DNA from: Oligoflexales bacterium
Lineage (GTDB): Bacteria; Myxococcota_A; UBA9042; DTJE01
Length of the DNA: 64,000 nucleotides
NCBI GenBank assembly: GCA_012840965.1
Contig: DUVQ01000121.1
Location: forward strand, 14,907-78,906
Direction: 5' to 3'
The notes beneath the pieces are model-generated. The model was not told the DNA's origin, searched no databases, and worked only from the letters and a program-made list of their open reading frames with translations. Shown here one piece after another: positions 18,380-29,982 of the stretch. How positions within the stretch are numbered: the stretch's first letter is position 1; each line of letters begins with the position of its first letter. Both the position numbers and the translations under genes were made by a program.

Positions 18380-18500
18380 GGCGGGGACAGAGGCAGGGAC
18401 AGGGACAGGGAGATGATCGTGGTGATCTGCAGGATTTGGAGCTAAAAAGAGGTCGAGAGGGCACCCAGCAACATGGTCCGGGGCAGGGCCAGGGAGACGT
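18380..18500 (+). repeat. G-tract plus dispersed repeat copy 2 (core 18423-18483)
   Basis: Same 61-bp core as 10121-10181, flanked by GGGACA/GGGGCA units; lacks the long palindrome. Confidence 0.9.
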
Positions 18501-18623
18501 TTCTACAGGTTTTGAACATAAGCTCTGCATTTATGAACGAATCGTTGACAAGCTAGCCGATATGATGCATCATACTCGGCCCGGACTACTTTTCCGCCGG
18601 GAATCAGCCGAAAAAAAAAGAGG

Positions 18624-18651
18624 TTGACATTTACCTTCATGGGTATAGAAT
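18624..18651 (+). promoter_or_regulatory. sigma70 promoter of the str operon
   Basis: A-tract UP-like element, then TTGACA-N16-TAGAAT, 60 bp upstream of rpsL. Confidence 0.7.
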
Positions 18652-18711
18652 ATCGTGCCCTTTGGTTTGAGTAACCAAAAGGCTTGGGTTTTGGGAATTT
18701 AGGAGTCCTTG

Positions 18712-19092
18712 ATGCCGACTATCAATCAACTGGTAAGAAAAGGGCGGACGATCCGCAGACTTAAAACTAAGTCGCCAGCTTTGCAGTCTTGCCCAATGCG
18801 CCGAGGTGTCTGCACGCGTGTCTACACAACCACGCCAAAGAAACCAAACTCGGCTATGCGAAAGGTTGCTAAGGTTCGTCTGACTAACGGTTTTGAAGTC
18901 ATCGCCTATATTCCAGGCGAAGGTCATAACCTTAGTGAACACTCCCAGGTGATGGTCCGTGGCGGTAGGGTCAAGGACCTTCCTGGTGTTCGTTATCACA
19001 TTATTCGTGGAACGATGGATGCGAAGGGTGTGGATAAGCGTCGTCGTAGTCGTTCTAAGTATGGCGCCAAGCAGCCCAAGGGCGTGAAGTAG
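18712..19092 (+). CDS. rpsL: 30S ribosomal protein S12
   Basis: [29 protein letters not shown]. Confidence 0.99.
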   Translation: MPTINQLVRKGRTIRRLKTKSPALQSCPMRRGVCTRVYTTTPKKPNSAMRKVAKVRLTNGFEVIAYIPGEGHNLSEHSQVMVRGGRVKDLPGVRYHIIRGTMDAKGVDKRRRSRSKYGAKQPKGVK

Positions 19093-19108
19093 TCAAGGGA
19101 GGCGATTA

Positions 19109-19579
19109 ATGCCCAGGCGTAGAGAAGTCCCAGTTCGTGAGGTTTTGCCAGATTCGCGGTACAACGACTGGTTGGTGGCAAAGTTTGTAAATCACTTGAT
19201 GTACAAAGGCAAAAAGGCCGTTGCGGAAAAGTTGTTTTACGACTCCATGGACCTGATTGCGCGTAAGACAAAAGAAGATCCCTTGAAAATCTTCAAACGC
19301 GCCGTTGAAAACGTGAAGCCGCAGGTGGAGGTCAAGTCAAGGCGCGTCGGTGGTGCGACCTATCAGGTACCCGTCGAAATTCGCCCTGAAAGAAAGACTG
19401 CCCTTGCAATCCGTTGGTTGCTGTCTTTTTCTCGCAAGCGTTCGGAGAAGGGCATGATCAACAAGCTGTCATCGGAAATCATCGACGCCTTCAACGGTCG
19501 TGGAAACGCGATCAAGAAGCGTGACGATACCCACCGTATGGCAGAGGCAAACAAGGCTTTCGCTCATTATCGTTGGTAG
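19109..19579 (+). CDS. rpsG: 30S ribosomal protein S7
   Basis: [27 protein letters not shown]. Confidence 0.99.
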   Translation: MPRRREVPVREVLPDSRYNDWLVAKFVNHLMYKGKKAVAEKLFYDSMDLIARKTKEDPLKIFKRAVENVKPQVEVKSRRVGGATYQVPVEIRPERKTALAIRWLLSFSRKRSEKGMINKLSSEIIDAFNGRGNAIKKRDDTHRMAEANKAFAHYRW

Positions 19580-19599
19580 TATTGTAAGGAGTGCCTTTC

Positions 19600-21693
19600 G
19601 TGGCCAAGAAGGTGGATATAAGTTTGGTTCGTAATATCGGCATCATGGCCCACATTGATGCTGGTAAGACGACTACAACCGAACGAATCCTGTTTTTCAC
19701 AGGAGTGTCTCATCGTTTAGGCAACGTAGACTCCGGCGATACCCAGATGGATTGGATGGACCAGGAGCAGGAGCGAGGAATTACCATCACCTCTGCAGCT
19801 AACACCTGTTTCTGGGATGGACGTCAGATCAATGTCATCGACACTCCCGGCCACGTTGATTTCACCGTTGAAGTCGAGCGTTCTTTGCGTGTGCTGGATG
19901 GTGGCGTCGTTGTTTTCTGTTCCGTCGGCGGAGTTCAGCCGCAGTCCGAAACTGTCTGGCGTCAAGCGAATCGTTACAAGGTCCCCAGAGTCGTCTTTGT
20001 CAACAAGATGGACCGCACGGGGGCCGATTTTAATAAAGTGGTAGGTCAGGTTCGAAGCAGACTGCGTGCCAGGGCTGTCCCAATCCAGATACCCATTGGT
20101 AAAGAGTCCGCTTTCAAGGGTGTTGTCGACTTGATTACGATGAAAGCCCTTGTCTGGGGTGATGGACTGGATCATACATTCGTCGAGACCGAAATACCTG
20201 AAGACTACTTAGCCAGTGCTAAAGCTGCCAGGTCCGAAATGTTGGAAGTGGCCGTTGAATTCGACGAAGCGGTCATGGAGAGATACCTTGAAGGGATCCT
20301 GCCAACAAACGAGGAAATCGTCGAGGGACTGCGCAAGGGCACATTGGCGAACCAAATAGTTCCAGTTTTGTGTGGCTCAGCCTTCCGCAACAAGGGAATT
20401 CAGCCCCTGTTGGACGCAGTTGTTCAATATCTGCCTTCCCCCTTGGATATGCCACCAGTTTCGGGAATTGATCCCATCAAATCTAACGGGGAGCTTGTTC
20501 ATGCAGAGCGAAAGCCGACCACGTCAGAGCCGTTGGCCGCTATCGCATTTAAGCTGATGAACGACCCTTATGTCGGGCAGCTTACCTTTGTTCGGGTTTA
20601 TTCTGGTGTGTTCCAGGCAGGCAGTTATGTCCTTAATGCCGGGCAAAATCAGCGTGAACGTGCGGTTAGGCTTTATCGGATTCATGCGAACAAACGTGAA
20701 GAGGTAAGCGAGGTATATGCTGGGGATATCGTCGGTGTGGTTGGATTCAAGACCACTGTAACTGGTGATACGATCTGCGATCCGGAAGCGCCCATTTTGC
20801 TTGAATCTGTAGATTTCCCAGATCCGGTCGTAGAAGTGGCCTTAGAAGCGGCATCCAAGAGCGATACTGAAAAGCTGTTTGCGTCGCTGCGACGTTTAGC
20901 GCTGGAAGATCCAACATTTAAGTTCAAGATTCATGAAGAGACTGGTCAGACAATAGTTGCAGGCATGGGTGAATTGCATCTGGAGATTTTGGTCACCAGA
21001 ATGCAAAGGGAGTTCAATGTTGATGCGCGTGTCGGTCGTCCACAGGTCGCTTACCGTGAGACGGTTACCAGGCCTAGTGAATCCACTATTAAGTACGTTA
21101 AACAAACCGGTGGGCATGGTCAGTATGCTCATGTGGTAATGAAGATTGAGCCTTTACCTCGCAATTCTGGGATTCAGTTTGAAGACGCTACAGTTGGTGG
21201 CAGTGTGCCAAAGGAGTACATTCCTGCGGTAGAACGGGGCGTGCGTGATGCGGCTTCCAACGGTGTTTTGGCTGGATTTCCAGTTGTTGATTGCAAGGTA
21301 ACACTGGTCGATGGCTCGTATCATGAGGTTGACTCCTCTGAAATGGCTTTTCGGGCCGCGGGAACAATGGCCCTAAAGGATCTGGTCGCCCGTGGCCAGC
21401 CTATTTTATTAGAGCCTGTAATGTTGCTCGAAGTCCTGGTCCCAAGTGAATACATTGGGGATGTGTTGGGTAATCTATCGACCAGACGCGCTCGCGTGGT
21501 GAAGATGGAAACCCAAGAAGACGGGACTCAAGCGGTCGGGGCCGAGGCTCCGTTAGGTGAGATGTTTGGGTACGTGACTGACCTTCGGTCGTTGTCGCAG
21601 GGTAGGGGAATCCAGACGATGGAGTTCCTGCACTATGCCCCAGCACCGCAGGCTATCCAGACACGCGTGATCAACGCTGGGAGGATGATCTAG
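19600..21693 (+). CDS. fusA: Elongation factor G (somewhat divergent)
   Basis: [34 protein letters not shown] and [10 protein letters not shown]; AAGGAG RBS favours GTG 19600. Confidence 0.97.
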   Translation: MAKKVDISLVRNIGIMAHIDAGKTTTTERILFFTGVSHRLGNVDSGDTQMDWMDQEQERGITITSAANTCFWDGRQINVIDTPGHVDFTVEVERSLRVLDGGVVVFCSVGGVQPQSETVWRQANRYKVPRVVFVNKMDRTGADFNKVVGQVRSRLRARAVPIQIPIGKESAFKGVVDLITMKALVWGDGLDHTFVETEIPEDYLASAKAARSEMLEVAVEFDEAVMERYLEGILPTNEEIVEGLRKGTLANQIVPVLCGSAFRNKGIQPLLDAVVQYLPSPLDMPPVSGIDPIKSNGELVHAERKPTTSEPLAAIAFKLMNDPYVGQLTFVRVYSGVFQAGSYVLNAGQNQRERAVRLYRIHANKREEVSEVYAGDIVGVVGFKTTVTGDTICDPEAPILLESVDFPDPVVEVALEAASKSDTEKLFASLRRLALEDPTFKFKIHEETGQTIVAGMGELHLEILVTRMQREFNVDARVGRPQVAYRETVTRPSESTIKYVKQTGGHGQYAHVVMKIEPLPRNSGIQFEDATVGGSVPKEYIPAVERGVRDAASNGVLAGFPVVDCKVTLVDGSYHEVDSSEMAFRAAGTMALKDLVARGQPILLEPVMLLEVLVPSEYIGDVLGNLSTRRARVVKMETQEDGTQAVGAEAPLGEMFGYVTDLRSLSQGRGIQTMEFLHYAPAPQAIQTRVINAGRMI

Positions 21694-21694
21694 C

Positions 21695-22003
21695 ATGGCA
21701 ACTCAGAGGATTCGTATCCGGCTGAAGGCCTATGACCACAAGATCCTCGACCAATCGGTTGGGGAGATTATCGCTACGGTCAAAAAGACTGATGCGAAGG
21801 TGGCAGGGCCTATTCCATTGCCGACCAAAATTAGTCGTTATACCGTGCTGCGTTCGCCGCACGTGGATAAAAAGAGCAGGGAACAGTTCGAAATCCGCAC
21901 TCACAAGCGGTTGATCGATATTCTGGACCCAACTTTGCAGACGCTGGACGCTTTGACAAAACTCGACCTTAGTCCTGGTGTGGACGTCGAGATCAAGGCT
22001 TGA
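21695..22003 (+). CDS. rpsJ: 30S ribosomal protein S10
   Basis: [31 protein letters not shown]. Confidence 0.99.
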   Translation: MATQRIRIRLKAYDHKILDQSVGEIIATVKKTDAKVAGPIPLPTKISRYTVLRSPHVDKKSREQFEIRTHKRLIDILDPTLQTLDALTKLDLSPGVDVEIKA

Positions 22004-22020
22004 TTCGAGGCGAGGGGGAC

Positions 22021-22641
22021 ATGCCTAATTTGGATGTTTTTGACCTCGGGCGTAAGAAGGTCGGTTCAATCGACCTTTCTGACGCTGTGTTTGGAGCGGA
22101 ATCACGACCGCATCTTTATCACCAGGTGGTGAGAGCTCAGCTGCTTTCAAAGCGAGCTGGCACCTCCAAGACGAAGAAGCGCGGTGAAGTGTCCGGTTCA
22201 ACCAGGAAGGTTTATCGGCAAAAGGGAACTGGGCGTGCACGTCACGGCGACAGCCGCTCACCACTGTTTAAGCGTGGTGGAACCGTATTCGGCCCAATTC
22301 CAAAGGAATGGGACGTCAAGGTGCCCAAGAAGGTTAAGAGAGCAGCTCTTGTTTCTGCTTTGTCAGATCGTGTTCGCGAAGGACACGTCTGGATTTTGGA
22401 CAAAGCCGAGCTAGAGCAGGCCAAAACCAAACGCATTGCCGAGCTGATGGCCCGCTTTGAGGTTGGTAGTGTTTTATTCGTCGATGTTGACAACAGGAAC
22501 CTGTCGCTGTCTTGCAGAAATCTGCCAACAGCCAAGTACCTGTCAAGTCGCGGATTGAACCTGTTTGACGTGTTGAAGTACGACCACCTCATCTTAACGA
22601 AGGGTGCCGTCGAGGCAATCGAAGGAGCGCTGACGACATGA
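22021..22641 (+). CDS. rplD: 50S ribosomal protein L4
   Basis: [18 protein letters not shown]; ATG 22021. Confidence 0.98.
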   Translation: MPNLDVFDLGRKKVGSIDLSDAVFGAESRPHLYHQVVRAQLLSKRAGTSKTKKRGEVSGSTRKVYRQKGTGRARHGDSRSPLFKRGGTVFGPIPKEWDVKVPKKVKRAALVSALSDRVREGHVWILDKAELEQAKTKRIAELMARFEVGSVLFVDVDNRNLSLSCRNLPTAKYLSSRGLNLFDVLKYDHLILTKGAVEAIEGALTT

Positions 22642-22928
22642 AGAGCCCTTATGATGTGATTCGTCGCCCTCTCATCACCGAGAAGGCGAATTTGGACAAG
22701 GAGCGTCGTAACACCTACCACTTTGAGGTGCCGGTGGTCGCTGATCGCCAGGAAATCAAAGAGGCTGTTGAACGTGTTTTCAACGTAAAGGTGGACACTG
22801 TTAGGACCCTTATCGTTCGCGGTAAGTTGGTTCGCAGAGGACGCACTTTTGGAAGACGACCCAGTTGGAAAAAGGCGATTGTAACCCTTCGAGAAGGGGA
22901 TTACATCGATCTTTTCGAAGGGATGTAA
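22638..22928 (+). CDS. rplW: 50S ribosomal protein L23
   Basis: RPLITEK, WKKAIVTL. Confidence 0.98.
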   Translation: MKSPYDVIRRPLITEKANLDKERRNTYHFEVPVVADRQEIKEAVERVFNVKVDTVRTLIVRGKLVRRGRTFGRRPSWKKAIVTLREGDYIDLFEGM

Positions 22929-22952
22929 CCGCGTATTCGCAGGGAGCGGACG

Positions 22953-23777
22953 ATGGGTATCATCAAGTACAAGCCAACTTCGCCAGGCCGTCGGGCCATG
23001 TATGGGGCGGATTTCTCCGATATTACGAGGGGAACTCCTGAAAAATCCCTGACGACCCACACGACCGGCAAGGCTGGACGAAATAGTGCTGGACGCATAA
23101 CCTCTCGCCATCGTGGCGGTGGGCATAAGCGTCGCTATCGTATTATCGATTTCAAGCGCGACAAGGTTGGGATTCCAGCCAAGATTGCACAGATCGAATA
23201 CGATCCTTATCGCAGCGCCAGAATTGCACTTTTGCACTATGTTGATGGCGAGAAACGCTACATCTTGGCGCCTCGTGAGTGCAAGGTTGGTGACACTGTG
23301 GTGGCGTCGCCACACGCAGACATTCTGCCTGGCAACTGTCTTCCTTTGAAGGCTATTCCCCAGGGGACCCTGATTCACAACATCGAGTTAAAAATCGGTG
23401 GCGGTGGCAAGATGGTTCGAGCCGCTGGTGGATCTGCAAACCTGATGGCCCTTGAGGGTGGATATGCTCTTTTGAGGCTCCCCTCTGGTGAGCTTCGAAA
23501 GGTCAGGGAAGAGTGTCGTGCCACTATCGGCGACCTGTCCAATGGCGATCACGAGAATATGTCGATCGGTAAGGCTGGAAGGAATCGCTGGAAAGGTATC
23601 CGGCCTCAGTCCCGTGGCGTTGTCATGAACCCAGTTGATCACCCAATGGGTGGTGGTGAGGGTAAGACGTCGGGTGGGCGCCACCCAGTTACGCCTTGGG
23701 GTAAGCCGACCAAGGGCTATCGTACGCGCCAAAACAAGCGTACGGATAAATTGATTGTTAAACGGCGCAAAAAGTGA
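22953..23777 (+). CDS. rplB: 50S ribosomal protein L2
   Basis: [22 protein letters not shown]. Confidence 0.99.
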   Translation: MGIIKYKPTSPGRRAMYGADFSDITRGTPEKSLTTHTTGKAGRNSAGRITSRHRGGGHKRRYRIIDFKRDKVGIPAKIAQIEYDPYRSARIALLHYVDGEKRYILAPRECKVGDTVVASPHADILPGNCLPLKAIPQGTLIHNIELKIGGGGKMVRAAGGSANLMALEGGYALLRLPSGELRKVREECRATIGDLSNGDHENMSIGKAGRNRWKGIRPQSRGVVMNPVDHPMGGGEGKTSGGRHPVTPWGKPTKGYRTRQNKRTDKLIVKRRKK

Positions 23778-23792
23778 CGGACGGAGTGAATA

Positions 23793-24083
23793 ATGCCTAG
23801 GTCAGTAAAAAAAGGACCGTTTATAGACAGCCATTTGGTTGAAAAGATCGAGCAGCAGCTTCGGTCTGGTCAGAAGAAATCGATTAAGACGTGGTCGCGT
23901 CGGTCGGTTATCTTGCCAGAAATGGTGGGGTTAAATTTTGCGGTACACAACGGTAAGAAATTTATACCTGTTTTCGTATCGGAAAATATGGTCGGACATA
24001 AGTTAGGTGAATTTGCTCCTACGCGCACTTTCCACAGCCACGCTGGCGATAAGAAAGGCAAGATGGCGAAGGGTAAGAAGTAA
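23793..24083 (+). CDS. rpsS: 30S ribosomal protein S19
   Basis: [20 protein letters not shown]. Confidence 0.99.
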   Translation: MPRSVKKGPFIDSHLVEKIEQQLRSGQKKSIKTWSRRSVILPEMVGLNFAVHNGKKFIPVFVSENMVGHKLGEFAPTRTFHSHAGDKKGKMAKGKK

Positions 24084-24086
24084 GAG

Positions 24087-24440
24087 GTGGGACCGATGGA
24101 AGGGCATGTCGTTAAAGCCACCGCTCGTTGGGTCAGGATGGCGCCTAGAAAGGTTCGCCACGTGGCCGATGTGATTCGCGGCAAGCGCGTTGATGAAGCT
24201 AGTGCAATCCTGTCGTTCGTGCCACGGCGAGCAGTTCTGCCAGTAAAGAAGGTTTTGAACTCGGCTGTGGATCAGGCAAGGCAGGCCGGTAATTTTGATT
24301 TGGATAACCTGTACGTAAAGGAAATTTACGTTGATAAGGGGCCTTCCATCAAGAGGACCTTAAGCAGAGCACGCGGAATGGTTAACCGAATTGATAAGTT
24401 TACGAGCCACATAACTGTGGTTCTGGGCGAGTTGGACTAG
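24087..24440 (+). CDS. rplV: 50S ribosomal protein L22 (start may be ATG 24096)
   Basis: PRKVRHVADVIRGK, RARG, SHITVV. Confidence 0.97.
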   Translation: MGPMEGHVVKATARWVRMAPRKVRHVADVIRGKRVDEASAILSFVPRRAVLPVKKVLNSAVDQARQAGNFDLDNLYVKEIYVDKGPSIKRTLSRARGMVNRIDKFTSHITVVLGELD

Positions 24441-24449
24441 GAGGGTACC

Positions 24450-25079
24450 TTGGGCCAGAAAACTCATCCGGTGGGATTTCGGATCCCCTACATCAAGACT
24501 TGGAACTCGCGTTGGTATGCAGATAAGCACTACGGGGCGTGGGCTGGCGAGGACAAGAAGATCCGTGAAACCGTCCGGAAAAGGATGGGCTTGGCTGGGA
24601 TCTCATCTGTTCAGATTGAGCGCACCGCCAATCGTGTGAAGGTCTATATATTTACCGCTCGGCCTGGCATTGCCATTGGTCAGAAAGGTAAAAATATTGA
24701 GGATTTGAAGCGTGAGCTGACTCGCCTTACTTCTTTGGAAGTTGTGCCCTTTATTCAAGAGGTGCGAAAGGCAGAGCTTGATGCTCAGCTGGTTGCCGAA
24801 TCGATTTCGCAGCAGTTGGAGCGGCGCGTTTCTTTCAGGCGTGCTACCAAGCGGGCCATATCTCAGGCCATGAAAGTTGGGGCAAAGGGTATTAGAGTTC
24901 GTTGCTCAGGTCGGCTTGGCGGAGCTGAAATGGCCCGAGTGCTGACTGATCGTGAGGGGCAGGTCCCATTGCATACCCTGAGGGCAGACATCGATTACGG
25001 TTTGGCAGAAGCCAACACGACTTATGGTGTGATTGGTGTCAAGGTCTGGGTTTACAAGGGCGATATCCTTAAGAAATAA
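24450..25079 (+). CDS. rpsC: 30S ribosomal protein S3
   Basis: [31 protein letters not shown]. Confidence 0.99.
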   Translation: MGQKTHPVGFRIPYIKTWNSRWYADKHYGAWAGEDKKIRETVRKRMGLAGISSVQIERTANRVKVYIFTARPGIAIGQKGKNIEDLKRELTRLTSLEVVPFIQEVRKAELDAQLVAESISQQLERRVSFRRATKRAISQAMKVGAKGIRVRCSGRLGGAEMARVLTDREGQVPLHTLRADIDYGLAEANTTYGVIGVKVWVYKGDILKK

Positions 25080-25143
25080 GTAAGGCCGCGGCCAGCAGGC
25101 TGCGGAACCGAGCGTCCGTTGGGATGCGAAATGGAGGCGGAAG

Positions 25144-25560
25144 ATGCTTTCCCCCAAACGAGTAAAACATCGTAAGGTCCAAAAGGGCAGGATGACTGGG
25201 ATGGCCTATCGCGGGTCAGATGTCTCTTTTGGTGACTACGGCCTGCAGGCTACCGAATGTGGTTGGGTGACTGCACGCCAGATTGAGGCGGCGCGTGTCG
25301 CTATTAACCGATATGTCAGGCGTGGTGGAAAACTGTGGATCCGCGTTTTCCCCGATAAGCCAATCCCGAAGAAGCCGCTTGAAACCAGAATGGGGCGTGG
25401 TAAGGGAGCACCCGACCAATGGGTAGTGGTTATTAGGCCCGGTCGCGTCCTTTATGAAATTGAGGGTGTTGATGAGGCGACGGCGAGGGAAGCCTTTAGG
25501 CTGGCCAGCCATAAGTTGCCCATTCAGACCACGTTTTTGAAGCGGGGAGAGATTCGATGA
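25144..25560 (+). CDS. rplP: 50S ribosomal protein L16
   Basis: [25 protein letters not shown]. Confidence 0.99.
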   Translation: MLSPKRVKHRKVQKGRMTGMAYRGSDVSFGDYGLQATECGWVTARQIEAARVAINRYVRRGGKLWIRVFPDKPIPKKPLETRMGRGKGAPDQWVVVIRPGRVLYEIEGVDEATAREAFRLASHKLPIQTTFLKRGEIR

Positions 25561-25766
25561 AGGCCTATAAGACTGAAGAGCTTCGCAGCTTGACGGATGA
25601 AGAGTTGATCAGACGCGAGCAGTCACTTAGGAAGACTCTGTTTGACTTCCGGATGAAACTCGCGGTTGGCCAGTTGACCAAGTTTGCAGACATTACTGCT
25701 ACGAAGCGCAACCTGGCCCGCGTTTTGACTGAGTTACAACACCGGCGTGCCGGGCTTTCAGGTTAA
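25557..25766 (+). CDS. rpmC: 50S ribosomal protein L29
   Basis: [21 protein letters not shown]; position in the operon. Confidence 0.95.
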   Translation: MKAYKTEELRSLTDEELIRREQSLRKTLFDFRMKLAVGQLTKFADITATKRNLARVLTELQHRRAGLSG

Positions 25767-25777
25767 TGAGGTAAGAG

Positions 25778-26047
25778 ATGGAAGATAACACCATCGTAAA
25801 GACCCAGCGGACCTTTACTGGTAAGGTTAGCAGCGTGTCTGGTGAAAAATCCGTACTGGTTGAAGTCGCAAGACGTTTTCAACATGCGCGGTACCATAAA
25901 GTTATTACCAGGAAAACCCGGTATATGGCTCATGATGAGAGCAGCAGCTGCGCAGTTGGCGACGTTGTGGAAATCGAGGAATGCCGTCCTTTGTCCGCGA
26001 GGAAGCGTTGGCGCGTTGTTAGGACCCTGACAAAGGCCGCTATTTAG
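25778..26047 (+). CDS. rpsQ: 30S ribosomal protein S17
   Basis: AHDE..VGDVVEIEECRPLSARKRW. Confidence 0.97.
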   Translation: MEDNTIVKTQRTFTGKVSSVSGEKSVLVEVARRFQHARYHKVITRKTRYMAHDESSSCAVGDVVEIEECRPLSARKRWRVVRTLTKAAI

Positions 26048-26093
26048 GTGGCGGTAGTTTTGGGTTGATTTGGAACGCTAGTAGAGGTGGGTG

Positions 26094-26462
26094 ATGATCC
26101 AGACTGAATCCTCTTTGATATCGGCTGACAACTCTGGCGCGAAGCGCTTGAAGGTTATCCGAGTGCTTGGTGGAACTAGGCGGCGCTACGCGACGGTTGG
26201 TGACGTTGTTGTCGCATCGGTCAAAGAAGCAATGCCAAGATCCAAGGTAAAAAAAGGCGACGTCGTTAAGTGCGTTATTGTCCGTACTGCCAAAGAGGTT
26301 GGGCGACCGGACGGGACATACATTCGCTTCGACCAGAATGCGGCTGTCGTTATCAATGCCGCGTTTGAGCCAATTGGTACTCGAATCTTTGGGCCAGTTG
26401 CCCGAGAGTTGAGGGCGAAGCGGTTTATGAAAATCGTATCGCTGGCACCGGAGGTAATTTAA
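26094..26462 (+). CDS. rplN: 50S ribosomal protein L14
   Basis: [28 protein letters not shown]. Confidence 0.99.
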   Translation: MIQTESSLISADNSGAKRLKVIRVLGGTRRRYATVGDVVVASVKEAMPRSKVKKGDVVKCVIVRTAKEVGRPDGTYIRFDQNAAVVINAAFEPIGTRIFGPVARELRAKRFMKIVSLAPEVI

Positions 26463-26463
26463 C

Positions 26464-26781
26464 ATGCAAAAGATTCGCAAAGGCGATGAAGTAATTGTAT
26501 TGCGTGGCCGCGATCATGGTCGTAAGGGCAAGGTGCTTAGCGTCGATGGCGACAAGGCTATCGTTGACAACATCAACGTAGTCAAGCGACACAGCCGGCG
26601 TCAAGCTAATAACCTGCATGGTGGGATCACCGATAAATCAGCTCCTGTGCCGTTATCAGCTCTGGCTTTGGTCAGCAAAAAAGATGGCAAGGCAGTTCGT
26701 GTTCGGTTTGAGACCCGCGAAACTGCAGGTAAAGTTCGCAAGGTTCGCGTAGCAACACGCACAAACGAAGTTTTCGAATAG
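26464..26781 (+). CDS. rplX: 50S ribosomal protein L24
   Basis: KOW motif [21 protein letters not shown]. Confidence 0.97.
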   Translation: MQKIRKGDEVIVLRGRDHGRKGKVLSVDGDKAIVDNINVVKRHSRRQANNLHGGITDKSAPVPLSALALVSKKDGKAVRVRFETRETAGKVRKVRVATRTNEVFE

Positions 26782-26806
26782 GCGTAAGGGCCGCAGGTGG
26801 CATGAC

Positions 26807-27361
26807 ATGACCAGATTAAAGAAAAAATACGATGCTGAAATCGTGCCGGAACTGATGAAGCAGTTCAACTATGCAAACCCAATGCAGGTTCCAAGGGTGC
26901 TGAAGGTATCGGTAAACATGGGGATGGGTGAGGCCACTCAAAACCCCAAAATGATTGATACTGCCGTGGCGGAGCTGACCGCGATTACGGGTCAGAAGCC
27001 AGTGATCACTAAAAGTCGGAAGTCTATCGCCGCTTTTAAGGTCAGGGCTGGTATGAATGTAGGCGTGTCAGTGACACTTCGAGGTGATCGGATGTACGAA
27101 TTCCTGGATCGCCTTTTGAACGTCGCGCTGCCTCGTGTTCGAGACTTTAGGGGTGTTTCCACCAAGGCCTTTGATGGGCATGGTGACTACACTTTGGGTA
27201 TTCGCGAACAGATCATTTTCCCTGAAATTGACTACGACAAGGTCGAAAAGCTAAAGGGGATGAATGTCACGATTTGTACTAGTGCAAAAACTGATGAAGA
27301 GGCATTCGCTTTGCTGAAGGGCTTTGGCATGCCTTTTAGAAAGACGGGCTCTGCTAGTTAA
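26807..27361 (+). CDS. rplE: 50S ribosomal protein L5
   Basis: [27 protein letters not shown]. Confidence 0.99.
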   Translation: MTRLKKKYDAEIVPELMKQFNYANPMQVPRVLKVSVNMGMGEATQNPKMIDTAVAELTAITGQKPVITKSRKSIAAFKVRAGMNVGVSVTLRGDRMYEFLDRLLNVALPRVRDFRGVSTKAFDGHGDYTLGIREQIIFPEIDYDKVEKLKGMNVTICTSAKTDEEAFALLKGFGMPFRKTGSAS

Positions 27362-27373
27362 GGAGGATAGAGC

Positions 27374-27559
27374 GTGGCGAAAACATCGCTAAGAAACAAG
27401 GCAATTCGCAAGCCGAAATTCAAGGTTCGGGCGTATTCACGCTGCCCGCTCTGTGGAAGGCCCAGAGGCTATCTGCGCAAGTTCAATATGTGTAGAATCT
27501 GCTTTCGCAGTCTGGCTTTGAAGGGCGACCTTCCAGGTGTGATTAAGGCGAGCTGGTAG
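27374..27559 (+). CDS. rpsN: 30S ribosomal protein S14, zinc-binding (type Z)
   Basis: 61 aa; [18 protein letters not shown]. Confidence 0.98.
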   Translation: MAKTSLRNKAIRKPKFKVRAYSRCPLCGRPRGYLRKFNMCRICFRSLALKGDLPGVIKASW

Positions 27560-27569
27560 GAGGCGGACC

Positions 27570-27965
27570 ATGGTAAACGATCCTATTGGAGATATGCTGG
27601 CGCGCATCAAGAACGCGATTAATGCGGGCTTTGATTCGGTTGAGATACCTAATTCCAAGATGAAGCAGCGCATTGCCGAGATCTTAAAGGAGCAGGGCTA
27701 TATTGAGGATTTCTCAGTAATTGATGACCGGCTTCAGGGAATTTTGAAGCTGTATCTGCGCTATCAATACCAGCGGCGTAATGTGATTGTAGGGCTGAAA
27801 CGAATCAGTAAACCTGGTCGACGGGTGTATGTTGATAAAAACAACATCCCGTTGGTCCAAAGGGGCCTTGGTATAGCCATTCTTTCCACGTCCAGTGGGG
27901 TTATGGCTGATTCTGAAGCCAGGAAGCTAGGCGTTGGCGGCGAAGTGCTGCTATCGGTCTGGTAA
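27570..27965 (+). CDS. rpsH: 30S ribosomal protein S8
   Basis: DPIGDMLARIKNA, RISKPGRRVY, GGEVL. Confidence 0.99.
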   Translation: MVNDPIGDMLARIKNAINAGFDSVEIPNSKMKQRIAEILKEQGYIEDFSVIDDRLQGILKLYLRYQYQRRNVIVGLKRISKPGRRVYVDKNNIPLVQRGLGIAILSTSSGVMADSEARKLGVGGEVLLSVW

Positions 27966-28046
27966 TACATTGAGTAGGGCTGCGGCCCGATGGGGTGGCG
28001 GAACCCCCGTGATGAGCGGGTGCGGAGACGTCGCTAGGAGGTCCAA

Positions 28047-28592
28047 GTGTCTAGGATTGGCAAAAAGCCGATTCAGATCCCTGCTGGGGTCGAAGTTAAG
28101 CTGTCGGGTGACGTGGTCAGCGTCAAGGGGCCGCTAGGGTCTTTGTCGCGGACTGTCGAAGGCGTTATCGTCGAGGTGAATTCCGGCGTAGTTAAGGTCA
28201 CTGCTGACGACGGTCATGCAAACGGCCGTGCTATGTGGGGGCTGATGCGCACCCTGATCGATAACATGGTTACTGGTGTAAGTACCGGGTTTTCTAAGAC
28301 ATTGACTATTTCTGGAACCGGTTATAAGGCTGAGGCTGCTGGCGATGGTAAGGCCTTGACCTTGTATTTGGGATATTCCAAGCCTGTTGAATATCCATTG
28401 CCGGCGGATGTCACCGGTGCAGTCGAAGATAGGAATCTGAAGATTGTTTTGCGCAGTATCAACAAGGAATCTCTTGGCGATACAGCCGCAAAGATTCGAG
28501 CATTACGACCTGTCGAGCCTTATAAGGGCAAGGGCGTAGCCTATCTTGGTGAGAAGGTTAGACGTAAAGCTGGTAAGGCCGGCATCAAGTAA
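28047..28592 (+). CDS. rplF: 50S ribosomal protein L6
   Basis: SRIGKKPI, RPVEPYKGKG. Confidence 0.98.
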   Translation: MSRIGKKPIQIPAGVEVKLSGDVVSVKGPLGSLSRTVEGVIVEVNSGVVKVTADDGHANGRAMWGLMRTLIDNMVTGVSTGFSKTLTISGTGYKAEAAGDGKALTLYLGYSKPVEYPLPADVTGAVEDRNLKIVLRSINKESLGDTAAKIRALRPVEPYKGKGVAYLGEKVRRKAGKAGIK

Positions 28593-28607
28593 CCTCGGAG
28601 GCGCAAC

Positions 28608-28982
28608 GTGGAAGTTAGAGTAGCAAAACGTCGTAGACTGGCGCGTCTGAGCCGGAAGATTCGAATCCGCAAAAAGATTCGAGGGACCGAAGCGCGGCCG
28701 CGTTTAGTGATCTTCAGAAGTGCACGCCATATCGACGTGCAGGTTATCAATGATGATGCTGGCCACACGCTTGTAGCGGCATCTTCGCTATCTCCTGAGA
28801 TTAGAGATAGCTTAAAAGGTTTGAAAAAGATGGAAGTCGCGAAGAAAGTCGGCGCTTTGATTGCTGAACGCTGCAAGGCTAAAGGCATCGAAACGGTCGT
28901 CTTTGATCGAAACGGTTTCCTGTACCACGGCCGAGTAGCGGCCCTGGCCGATGCTGCCCGGGAAGCCGGCCTACAGTTCTGA
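28608..28982 (+). CDS. rplR: 50S ribosomal protein L18
   Basis: [29 protein letters not shown]. Confidence 0.98.
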   Translation: MEVRVAKRRRLARLSRKIRIRKKIRGTEARPRLVIFRSARHIDVQVINDDAGHTLVAASSLSPEIRDSLKGLKKMEVAKKVGALIAERCKAKGIETVVFDRNGFLYHGRVAALADAAREAGLQF

Positions 28983-28998
28983 TGACGGGGGAAAAGTC

Positions 28999-29499
28999 AT
29001 GGCCGATGCGCTCGTGCACGAGAAATTAGAGTTTACAGAGCATGTGGTTCACATGGGACGTGTTGCCAAGGTCGTCAAGGGCGGGCGTCGTTTTTCGTTC
29101 GCAGCTCTTGTTGTGATTGGTAACGGTGAGGGACTTGTCGGTTTTGGCCTTGGTAAGGCTCAAGAAGTGTCCGAGGCTATCCGCAAGGGTGGCGAACGTG
29201 CGCGTAAAAACCTGATTCGCGTACCGATTACTGGCACAACTCTGCCCCATGAAGTTAATGGCCGTTATGGTGCCGGTAACGTTATGATACGCCCAGCGTC
29301 TCCAGGTACTGGAGTTATTGCAGGCGGAGCCGTACGTGCAATTTTGGAAGCTGCTGGTGTTAAAGACGTTTTGACTAAATGCGTGGGATCTCGCAATCCT
29401 CATAACGTTGTCAGAGCAACCATTGATGGCCTGCGGCAGTTGACCACCCGCGATGAGGTGCTGGAAAAGCGCGGGCTTATCCAGAGTGAGGTGGAGTAA
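28999..29499 (+). CDS. rpsE: 30S ribosomal protein S5
   Basis: [26 protein letters not shown]. Confidence 0.98.
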   Translation: MADALVHEKLEFTEHVVHMGRVAKVVKGGRRFSFAALVVIGNGEGLVGFGLGKAQEVSEAIRKGGERARKNLIRVPITGTTLPHEVNGRYGAGNVMIRPASPGTGVIAGGAVRAILEAAGVKDVLTKCVGSRNPHNVVRATIDGLRQLTTRDEVLEKRGLIQSEVE

Positions 29500-29960
29500 T
29501 GAAGGAACTGTCTTCACTTAAGCCAATTCCTGGCTCAGTCAAACAACGCAAGCGCGTCGGGCGTGGTCCTGGATCCGGAACCGGTAAAACTGCGGCTCGC
29601 GGTCACAAAGGTACAGGTGCGAGGACTGGTAAAGGCCGGCCCGCTCACTTTGAAGGTGGCCAGATGCCTTTGCAGCGCCGCGTACCAAAACGTGGCTTTA
29701 GACCGCTGGATCATAAGGAATTTGCGGTTGTTAACGTTGGGGAATTGGATATTTTTGAAAACGGAACAAAAGTGGATGTTGCTATGTTGGTAACAACTGG
29801 ATTGGTCCGTAAGATTGGATATGGTGTTAAGCTTTTGGGTAATGGAGACATCACTCGCAAGCTGGACATCGTTGTACATGCCTGCAGCGCTACCGCCAGA
29901 GAAAAGGTCGTAGCCGCTGGTGGCACCGTAAGTGTATTAACCGAGGAGACCGGCGCCTAA
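29499..29960 (+). CDS. rplO: 50S ribosomal protein L15
   Basis: [21 protein letters not shown]; TAATG coupling to rpsE. Confidence 0.98.
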   Translation: MKELSSLKPIPGSVKQRKRVGRGPGSGTGKTAARGHKGTGARTGKGRPAHFEGGQMPLQRRVPKRGFRPLDHKEFAVVNVGELDIFENGTKVDVAMLVTTGLVRKIGYGVKLLGNGDITRKLDIVVHACSATAREKVVAAGGTVSVLTEETGA

Positions 29961-29982
29961 GGCGCATGGCGGAGGGAGTTTC

